From the NCBI GenBank assembly GCA_963645005.1, contig CAVIRL010000001.1:1-56924 (forward strand): DNA of 56,924 nucleotides, in the 5' to 3' direction. The notes beneath the pieces are model-generated. The model saw nothing but the letters and a program-made list of their open reading frames with translations. It did not search any database and was not told the DNA's origin. The stretch is from Prevotella sp. P5-108. GTDB taxonomy: Bacteria; Bacillota; Clostridia; Lachnospirales; Lachnospiraceae. Positions 9,006 to 19,400 of this stretch are shown here, piece after piece; position 1 is the first letter of the stretch; each line of letters starts with the position of its first letter. A program made the translations under genes and the position numbers.

Positions 9006-10013
9006 TTAGTTGAATTCCTGCTCTTTCTTGTCTCCGTGCTGGAACTCGATGAACTTACCGGTTCCGATTGCCACCGCAGTCAGCGGATCCTCCGCTACCA
9101 TGGTGGTGATACCGGTTTTTTCCTCGATCAGCTGATCGAGACCGTTTAACAGGGAACCACCGCCAGTCATCACAATGCCGCGGTCAAAGATATCTGCTGC
9201 CAGTTCCGGAGGAGTTCTCTCCAGGACATTGTGAACAGCATCCACAATCTGCATAGCCGGCTCGCGCAACGCTTCCAGAGTCTCCTCAGAAGTAACCACG
9301 ATGGTCTTCGGAAGTCCGGTTACCAGGTTGCGGCCGCGCACTTCCATGGTCTGCACTTCCGGTCTGCGGTATGCAGTACCGATGTTGATCTTGATCTCCT
9401 CTGCGGTTCTCTCACCGATCAGCAGGTTGTGTTTCTTTCTCATATAGCGGACTAAAGCTTCATCGAAATCATCACCTGCGATCTTGATGGAGGTACTTAC
9501 TACCGTTCCGCCAAGGGAGATAACTGCAATATCTGCAGTACCGCCACCGATATCTACGATCATGTTTCCGCATGCCTTGGAAATATCAATTCCTGCACCG
9601 ATGGCTGCTGCTACCGGCTCCTCAATGATGGAAACTTCGCGAGCACCTGCCTGATAGGTAGCGTCCTCAACTGCCTTCTTCTCGACCTCAGTCGCACCGC
9701 TCGGGATGCAGACTGCTATACGCGGTTTGCGCAGGGTTCTCTTGCCTACTGCCTTATTGATGAAATACTTTAACATCTTCTCGGTAACCGTATAATCAGA
9801 AATAACGCCCTGGCGCAGCGGTCTGACCGCAATAATGTTGCCCGGTGTTCTTCCAATCATCAGACGTGCTTCCTCACCAATTGCCATGATCTTGTTGGAG
9901 TCACGGTCGATTGCTACTACGGAAGGCTCTTTCAGCACAACGCCTTTGCCTTTGATATATACCAAAATGCTTGCCGTACCTAAATCGATTCCGATATCGT
10001 TGGATACTAACAT
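9006..10013 (-). CDS. mreB: Rod shape-determining protein, MreB/Mbl family (Mbl-like)
   Basis: DIGIDLGTA, EPSVVA, GRTPGNI..RPL, VDIGGGT, TGGGSLL. Start at ATG 10013 after AGGAGG. No mreCD follows, which fits the mbl paralog. Confidence 0.93.
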   Translation of the reverse strand: MLVSNDIGIDLGTASILVYIKGKGVVLKEPSVVAIDRDSNKIMAIGEEARLMIGRTPGNIIAVRPLRQGVISDYTVTEKMLKYFINKAVGKRTLRKPRIAVCIPSGATEVEKKAVEDATYQAGAREVSIIEEPVAAAIGAGIDISKACGNMIVDIGGGTADIAVISLGGTVVSTSIKIAGDDFDEALVRYMRKKHNLLIGERTAEEIKINIGTAYRRPEVQTMEVRGRNLVTGLPKTIVVTSEETLEALREPAMQIVDAVHNVLERTPPELAADIFDRGIVMTGGGSLLNGLDQLIEEKTGITTMVAEDPLTAVAIGTGKFIEFQHGDKKEQEFN

Positions 10014-10216
10014 AAATTTCCTCCTGAGATTTCTCGTTTCGCAGCCGTTCAGGCTCATCACATCTTCGCAGCTGCCCTGTTTCCCATTTATTTCTATCCA
10101 TGAATACGCGCAAAGAGCGCATTTTTCGTTCTAATCTCTCTTATTATATACAATCCAGGAGGTTTTTGAAAGGGTTTTTTTATTTTTTATTATGTTTATA
10201 ATTTTTTTATGGTAGC

Positions 10217-10248
10217 GACACAGTTTAGTCACAATTCTTTTTTATACT
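10217..10248 (+). promoter_or_regulatory. Candidate activator-dependent promoter
   Basis: GACACA-N5-GTCACA direct repeat 9 nt upstream of TATACT, with no canonical -35. Confidence 0.45.
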
Positions 10249-10253
10249 CTAAG

Positions 10254-10373
10254 TACATTATCCGAAAGGGTAATGGAACCTTTGTTTCAAGTGCATACTT
10301 GAAATTACAAAGCTTTTTCATACTCATACCGGGCAGCCCGAAACTGCCCGGCCCCCCTAAAACATTTTCTTTT
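10254..10373 (+). ncRNA. Candidate small RNA (three hairpins, single-stranded TTTTTCATACTCATA tract)
   Basis: Hairpins at 10256-10275 (GAAA loop), 10280-10312 and 10329-10351, then a C-tract and T-rich tail. No credible ORF. Family not identified. Confidence 0.5.
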
Positions 10374-10399
10374 ATTTTGTATACCTACCATTCCCAAAA

Positions 10400-10440
10400 T
10401 CAAAGGGCGAGAAGGACTGCCAAACCTTTTCGCCCTTTGA
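10400..10440 (-). terminator. Intrinsic terminator of the giant adhesin gene
   Basis: TCAAAGGGCGAGAAGG...CCTTTTCGCCCTTTGA inverted repeat immediately past the stop codon. Confidence 0.8.
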
Positions 10441-10447
10441 TTTTTGC

Positions 10448-13400
10448 TTATTTTCTCTTATCTTCTTCCGCATCCCATAAAGCGCTCAGCATTGCTGCTG
10501 ACATCAAAAACAGTACACACCAGATCAGAGTTTTCCGGTCATCCCCCATGGATGGCAGGCGGATTTTCCACCGGCCGCCCGGCCCCAGATACAGCCACGC
10601 TGCCCCATCCGGTGAAGATGGCTGATACCAGGCAAGAATCTTTCCGATCCGAAGCACCGGTTGGCGCTCAGGTGTCTCCGGAGTATCATGATCCGGCACA
10701 TACGGTGTTTCCGGTGTTTCCGGTTCTTTGGGTTCTTCCGAACCGGGAGTATCTGACTCTGGTGTCTCCGGTTCCGGCTCTGGCTCTGGAATATCCGGTT
10801 TTTTCCGATCCACGACCGTAACCTGATACTGTGCCTGCCCATTTGGCGGATACGAACTTACTCCTGTATCTGGTTCGAACTGCCACCGGAATACCTCCGG
10901 GTTCAGGACATAACCTTCCGGTGCCTTTATTTCGCGCAGTTCATACCAATACGGGTGAATGGCTCCATGATCCATGACTTCCCCTACGGGCAGATCTGTT
11001 TGTTCTATTGGTGCACTGAAATACATCCGAAAGACCGGTTCTGTTTCCGTCTCCCTTTCCCCGGCTGCCTCCGTGTAAGCAGCCAGTTCAAATACTGCGT
11101 CTTCCAGCGGATGGCCTGATGAATCCGTTTTCTCCAGCCTCAGCCTGCCTGTTGCCGGCCGGTCATTTACCCGCACGATCCGGATTTCCGACTGCCATTC
11201 ATATAGGATCTGCACAGGCTCAAAGGTTGTGTAATACGCCGGGCTTTGTTGTTCTGCCAGCCAGTAAATCCCATCCGGCAGACGCCGGATCCGGTGGGGT
11301 TTTAAATCTCCTTCGGCATATCCCTGCGGAATCCGGTGATTGATGGCATCCAGTTCCGTATAGCGGCCGTCACTGCCGCTTACCCAGGAATCAAACAGAT
11401 AGCTGCTGCTCTTCGTCAGTCCGCCCGTCTCATCCGCCCGGTAAAGAGCCAGTCTGGCTCCGGCCAGTTCTTTCGTGCCGTTTTCATATACCTTTGAGAT
11501 CAGCAGAGTACCTTCCTCATTCTCCACCCGGTACAGTTGAACCTCTCCCGTATCTGCTACTGTAACCAGCGTATCTTCTGCCCGGGAGAATCCCGGCGGT
11601 ACTTCTGTTTCCACGAGCACATAACAGTTTCCTGCCGGCAGATAATCCAGTCTCTGTCGGTTTTCCAGCGTCAGATAGCTGCATGCATACGCATTCACAT
11701 CCGGAAGTTCCTTCCAGTTGAACTGATACTCAAACCGATACGGATGATCTGCTGGTAAATCTGTTTGCTTTGTCACGCCAATCCGGATCTGCGCCCCTGT
11801 TTCCATCTGGTAGACCAGTATAGTCTGCTGTGGATCTGTTGGATGAATCTGCTCTTTCTGGTATTCTGCCATGAATTCTGCCCGGTGCAGAGCTTCTCCG
11901 GCATCCCACATCACACTGCTTCCCGGCGCTGCTCCATGTTCCAGATACATAGTCTCAAACGCGTCCGGGAAATTCCGGTATGTGCTGCCGTCATCTGTTA
12001 TCCAATGCACAATCGGAGAAGCTTTCTCATATAACGGCCTTCCTTCTTCATAACAGATGCTGCCTGCATTATCCAGTTTTGCCGGGTACAGAGTAAATCC
12101 GGCACCTCCAACCAGCATTTCCCCATCTGCGTGATCTTTTCCATTTTCCAGACAATACTTTTCCACTTCTACCCGCGTATGATCCTCCTTCATCTCATAC
12201 TTCTGAATTTCAGCGCGTTCTTTTACTGTTACCCGAACCGGGTCATGAGAAACAAAGCCGGACGGAACCTGAATTTCTTTCCAGAGATATGTCCCGACAG
12301 GAAGATGGGTAATGCAGTGCGGAGCTCCGTCTGTCGTCCAGACTGATACCGGATCTGAATCGCTGTCCTCCATACCGGTTCCCGTTTTCCACAATCCGAG
12401 CACCGCGCCCTCTGCATATCCACAGTCAAACGCTGAATTTTCCCCATCTGTCTTGGAAAACTCGGTTTTGGTTGGCTCATCCGTCATGGTCACAGTCTGA
12501 AGTTCAGCTGTTTCTTCCACTGCAATTCCCATGGGAAGTGCTTTGATAAATCCTTCTGGCGCATTCAGTTCTTCCATAATGTAGCATCCCGCCGGCACCC
12601 GTTCCAGAATATCCCCCTGACCTTCTGTCATCACAGACGTAAACGGATCATTGGGATACTGTTCCGATGTGATCCAGGTATTTTCCACCACATAGGCTTC
12701 CCCTTTCCGGTGAGAAAGACCCTGCCCCTCATCCAGCAGGGCACCATGCTCCTGCACCCCATATGCCGCGTGATCGTAGGATTCCAGATTATCGGAAAAT
12801 TGAGAACGCACAAACTCACCATTACGGTCATACAGCTTTGCCGCCTTATCATAACTTTCCCCGCTTCTCTGATAATAATCTACCAGTCCATGCCGGTCGT
12901 AGACCGGATCCATGGTTTTCTCAAAGTTTCCATTGTTATCATCCAGAAGGATCTCATCGTTTAAATTCTGTCCGTTTTCATTCCGGGTTATGGAAGATTC
13001 CCGGTGGCTTTCCTCACCGGAATCTGATTTCCAGCTTCCGGTGAGATATGCATTTTCTCCGTCTCCCACCAGGGCCATGCGGGAAGTCGTGATCTTGTCG
13101 CGGGCAATCACATTTCCATAGTCATCCCGGCGGATGTTGACCGGCCATACCAGAACCTGTTTTTTCCCGGCTCCGGTTCCATCCCGGCCGCGGATCTGAT
13201 CCCAGCTTCCATTAGTCCCGTCAAAATCCCGTACTACATAGGCCATGCCGGTATAGGGATCTACCAAGGCATCCCGGGCTCCGTCTCTTCCAAGATGATA
13301 CACGTGGGTTCCCGCATCCGGTATCAGGATCTTATCTTTTTCGTCATATGTGATCTTCGTCAGGTCCCCGCCCTCAAATTCCAGGAATTTTGAAGCTCCT

Positions 13401-16400
13401 TTCCAGGCAAATGCCTGGTACCGTCCGTCTTTCCCATCGGTCTCCGGTGTTATTTCCAGTCTCAGATCACTGAGGTCATAGTACAAAATATCTGTGTCCG
13501 GGCGCATGACCGTGACGGAATTCCAGACATTTCCCTCCACCTGGATGATCTCACCGTTACGATCCACGCCAGCGGGCCAGGATGCCGTATAAAGCCGCCC
13601 GTTTTCATCCTGCTCCGGGAGAAATTCCGTTTTTTCTCCCCCGAACCCTTCCTTTACATACATGCGCTCCACATGTCCGGCATCGTCTCGTTCAATCACA
13701 AGGCCCTCATATGTAAAGTCCTGAGAATCACCAGACGGTGTCAGGGAAATCGCGTCAAAAAGCGTCATCCGCGCACCTGGCACATATCCTGACTCAGGTT
13801 CAGACTCAGCATGTTCGGACACATTCTGTTCGCCCGCAGTATGTTCCTTCACTGACTCACCGGCTTCTGCCTGTGCAGCCTTCTTTTCTACCTTTAAGCG
13901 GATCGGCTCATTTTCCAGATAGACCCGTGCCGTATGAATCTGGTCCTGCGGTTTGGTTCTATAGGTTGTCTGCTCATCCGCATCATCTTCATAAACCGCC
14001 GCAAGTACCCGGCTGTCCTGTTCTCCGTTCTGATAATAGGTGATCCGATCGGAGTAAATTTCCAGAGCCACCGGCTTTGACCGTGCATACCCAGCCGGCG
14101 GTTTTGTCTCGCACAGAACATAGGCTCCGGCTGAGAGCGGCTGCGGAGTGCACAGATATCCAACCGTCTGCAGATTCCCGGAAACATCTGCTGTCTGTCC
14201 ATCCCGCACCGTTGCAAATGCCTTCATCATCCCCATCTGCAGGCCAAAACGATCACCCAGAAGAATCTGCTCGCTCTCCTCACATACCGGGGTACCAGCA
14301 GGGACAACGCCTGTATAGCAGGTTTCTGAGAAGGAAATCTGTTCTTTTTCAACTGTTGGACCTGCTGATGTTGCTGCATCACGCTTCGTATCATCATCGG
14401 TCTGCTTCCAGAGCCTGCTCCAGAAACCAGCGAAGCGACCCAAGATCTCTCCGCCTCTTAAAATCGGCCGGATATCTGCTGCGCCCATAGCTGTCAGGAA
14501 TTCTTTTGTTCCGCGGATCTGGGTATCCTTTTCATAAAAAAGGACCCTTCCCTCTCCATTTTCTGCATCATCCCGCTTTGCCGCGTAAATGCGGAACACT
14601 GCTCCGTCATGCAGAATATTCTCATGAGTTTCCGAATCCAGCTTTTCCAGACGCAGCCTTGCAGTGTAAAGCCGGTTACGGAATCGGACATTGCCATATC
14701 CAAGAGCCCCGGATTCCCCGGTTGTCTCCCTGACAGCAGAATATGGCACCAGCATCGGCGCATAGCGGCCGTCATAGGCTGTCTGGGAACCCTGCATACT
14801 GCTTACCTGATCCCGATACCATGTTCCGGCTGCATTATCCTCTGTCACGTTTCCATCCGGGTACCAGACGTTATCTGCCGTACCGGCCTGCTCGGAAACC
14901 GAACTGTAACGATACACCTGCGAAACAGCTTCCCGTCCATCCTGTCCCTCGCTCAGATAGTAGTGGACAGCTCCTGCCGCGCGGTCATCCGCTTCATTAT
15001 AATAATTCTTTGCCGGCCGATACACCGACTGGGTCAGGGCCGCATAATCGCCCTCTGCCGGATTTTCCGGCTCTCCATTACGGAACCGGTCAAGCTCCAG
15101 GCCGTACGGATAAATCTCAAAATCTCCTCTGGTACTGTGAGCCTGAATCACGCGCGATTCTTCCAGGAAGCGAATCTGATAACGCTGCTCCAGCTGTGCC
15201 GCTGTAAAGGAAGCCTGATACCGGTAGAACGGATCCAGGCACCCCGGTGATGCCTCTGCTCCGGCCTCGTCCGCATAAACTGCCGGAAGTTCAATTTCTT
15301 TTGGCCGGTCTGTCTCGTAATGCCGGTTTTTAAAATCTTCCAGGTCCGGATATTTCGGCTGCTGCTCTGCCACCACATAAGTTCCATAAGGAAGCATGGC
15401 GGAAATCCCATAATATTCGAAAACCGAATCCGTCTCTCCGGTCTGATTCGCTGTATCCGCTGACAATGTGGTCAGATCTCCATCCGCTCCGCCGCCCGGC
15501 TCTTCATCCCAGGCAATCGCATACAATGTATCCAGATCATAGGTAAAAAACGGTTTCAGATAATTCTGTGCTTTCTCAATGGCTTCCCGCATGCCGCGGT
15601 CCAGAATCTCATCGGAAAAGGCTGTCTCTCCAGAAGCACTACTTCCATCTTCCTGTATGAGCTTTGCTGCCACATCATCCAGATACCAGGTGATGGCGAA
15701 CTGCCGCACACGGTCTGAAACCCGGGTATTCCAAAGTGTATCCTCGCTGCGGTTCGCCGCGTTGCCCACCGGCCGCCAGCTGGTATACGTCGGAGCTGCT
15801 TCATCCCACTTGTCGTGATTCGCTGTCTCAATGGCATCAAAAAACTTCTCATAATTCGGGCGTGCTGCCGTCCGTACCTTCTCCCCATCTTCCACAAGTG
15901 CTTCCACTGTTTCCAGCAGCGCCGTATAGCCCGATGCCTGCTGTTCCTGAATCTGTCCATCCTCGTAAGCATACAGTTGTGTATTGCAGATTGCGGAATC
16001 CGCTGTATTTTTGTACAGCGGATCTGTGCGGTGCAGAACCCTGGTATAAATCCGGTTCACCTTTTCCGGAAATGCCGCATTTGCCTGCTCCTGCTCCGCA
16101 AAAGTCCGCTCTGTTCCCTTGCGGTCCTGCCAGATTATCTCGCCCTGCTCGTTCCGGTACAGATTCTGCAGATTGGATTTTAAATAAGCCTTAAAACGAA
16201 AGTTCTCTACTGCTGTTTTCCCGCTATACTGTCTGGTCCACCAGTCCTCATGCGCATCCGCGTAAGAACTGGTATTGCGGTACGATGTTTCCTCAATCGT
16301 TTTGCTGACCCGGATTCTCTGACGGATGCTCCGCTCCTCTACAGCCAGCGGCTCTGCCTGCGTCCCGTTTCCCGGCTTTCCGGATCCATCCTGCCATACC

Positions 16401-19400
16401 TCGTCCTGTCCCGGATAAAGCAGGACCACACGTCTCACAAAGCTGTTTTCTTCTCCCTCTGTTCCCGACGCATAATCCAGGCAGGCCCGCACTGATGCCT
16501 GTTTCACTGCCAGATAATACGAAGCGCGGCCCATGATATCCCCTGCACTCCAGTTTCCGGAAACCATGGCTGCCTCTTCCCCGGACAGTACAACCTGTTC
16601 CGATCCGGGCAATACCAGCTTAAACTGATATTCCTGTCTCTCTTCATCCCTGTGCGCATTTCCATAAAAATCGGTATAATTGCTCTCCACATGCCAGACT
16701 CCTGCCTGATCGCCTGTTGCAATCTCAGTCCAGTTTCCATACAGCTTTTGTGTCTCACCAGGCACGGTCTCCTCTGTGTAACAAATCTTAGGAATGCGGT
16801 TTCCGTCTGCATCCAGCGGAATTTCTCCTGGTTCATAGTAGACCGTTTCTGAAATGCAGCGAGTCACCAGACTTCCGTCCGAATCCGCCATGGCATCCGG
16901 AACCAGCACTGCGGACACGCGTCCCAGCCCATGCTCATCTCCGTTCTGAAAACCGGTATATGTGCCAAAGCTTTCCTCTTCATCCCCCTCTGTATACACT
17001 GCATAACAGTATCTGGGTGTTTCTGAGGCATCCCCCGGTACATAGGGAACCCGCAGATAAAATGCTGCGCTCCTTTCCCCCTTCTCCGGAACATAAAAGC
17101 ACTCCGGACTGCCTGCACGGCCCGCATACACCGCGATTTCCCAGGTATCTTCCATCTCCTGTATCCCATCCAGACCGCCGTAAGAATAATACGCATTCTC
17201 CTGATAATAATCCAGCAGGGAAGCCAGAAGTTCTCCCACTGTCACTGCTTCTCCATTTTCCTGACAACGCGGAATCTGAAGCGTCACCACCGGAGAACCA
17301 AAGCTGATTTCTTTTCCGCTCTGATATCCCGTATCATAAACCGGATGTTCCAGAGTCGTATAGCGAACTCCCGCACCAGTACCGCTGCCCTGCTTCGGTG
17401 TTGCCTTTCCATTAGCCCGCAGGATCAGTTCCAGTTTGTATTTGACAAAATTCTGCTGTTCGCTCTGGAAGGGTTTTCTCAAAATTTCGAGTACCGAAGC
17501 TTCGTCCAGTTCTTCCTCAGCCCGCTTCATCAGCGTTTCACAGCGGGAAGCATCCAGTTCTTTTTCCGTCGCACATTCTATATCCGTTACTGTTCTGCTG
17601 ACTGGCCGTTCTCTGGTAAGCAGACTTCCATCCGGACAATACCTCGGATACTGGCCCTCATACTCGGTCACAGCATAAAGCGGCCTGCCAAGCAGATCTG
17701 TCTCCACAGATTCTGTGAAACGTCCCGTGCTGACCTGGGCTGGTTTCGTTTTCAACTGAGTATCCAGACGGTACAGCCGGCTTCCCTCCGGTATGCCGGA
17801 AAATGCCAGATCAAATCCTTCGCTCTTTTCACTGGCCACCTGAAAGAACAGCTCCTGAAACGCCGGATCCCCGTAAGCGCCGCTGGCCCCGGACTGTACC
17901 TGCTGTTCCGCATAAAGGCCTTTCGTGACCACCGCATAGCCCTCCCGGTCCGTGCCCGCATAACTGTCCAGATCCTGTCCTGCATTGGTAAACGGAGCCT
18001 GCCGGTTTCCTACCGATAACTCATACCCTTCTGACCGGCTTAGCTCCTTTACATAATATCTTCCCATAAAAAGCGGCCTGCCAATCCAGCAGTTCCCATT
18101 CCGCGCAGAATAATCCGGATAGGTTCTTATGTATTGTCCGTCTTCGGTATAGTCATCAAAGCTCTGACTGCGATCATAAAGGTTGAACGGTGCCGTCAGA
18201 TTCCAGCCTCCCGGCCTGTTTTCTATCTGTCCAGTCTCATAGTTGTAAAACTGTCCTGGTGCCTCCGTACAGGCCATAAAGGAAGCATCTCCGTTTTTGT
18301 CCGTGGAAACCACCGCCACCAAGTCATTTTTCTGATACACAACACCCGTTTTTCCATCCGGATGAATCAGGTCTTCCTCTGCAAACAGACCGTACACCGC
18401 ACCCTCCAGAACCGCATCGCCCTGTGCATCTCCGTAGGAATCATACTGATTATTCTCTCCTGCTTTCAAATCCATATCCCGCTTATTGATATGGATTTCC
18501 CCTTCGGTCCTGTGATCATAGATCTGCCACCAGTCATCTTCCCCGTCCCGGCCGCTGCAATGACTGTAGCGGTCTTCCGGTCCTGTCGTGGTCTCCTGAC
18601 CGCTGCTCTGTGCATTCAAAGCGCTGTTATAGGCATCCGTAAAAAGATCCGTGCCGCCAGCCTTCTGTTTTCGTGTTTCGGATGAGCGGAACCCGCGGAC
18701 GGAAACAGCCGCCTCTGCTGCCATCTCTGCCCCGGAGGCCGTCGCTTTTCCTCCCGGGAATTCCAGTTTCAGAATCCACGATACCGGCAAATCCTCTTCC
18801 TCCGCGTCCGACCCGGTAGCCGCATTCACCTGCGCATCTGACTTCGTTGCCTGTGCATCCGACACACTGGCCTTCTCTGCCAGGCTTTTCCCATCGGCTT
18901 CTGTGGTCCGGTCATCGATCAACATCTCCTCATCGGTCTGGGATGGAAAAAAGACAGAGAGAATCCGCTGCCAGATGGAGCGCCGTTCTTTTCTTACTTC
19001 CGGCACCTCAGTTTCTGATACCAGCCTTCCGGCTCCGGCCTGCTGCCTTGCTTCCTGCACGATCCGGGCTGGTTCTGCCTGAGCCCGGTCACTGACACAA
19101 ATCTCATGACTGTACAACCCGGCAAATCCTGCATTAGCCCCATGCTCCGAGGCATCCGTTGTAATGACTTCCACCGGCAGATCATCCCGGTGATTTCCGT
19201 GAAGTGTGTAACCTTCTCTGGCCGTATCCTCCGCTATGGCATAGCTGTACCGCAGCGCAATAAAATTATCATATGTCTCCTGCGTATCTTCCCCACATCC
19301 GGAATCGTCAAAAGCACGTTCTGCTTCTGCAGAAATGGTTGGGCCTGCCGATGGTGTCTCTCCTTCTTCACCGCCTGAGGACAGAATCCGCTGAATCTCC

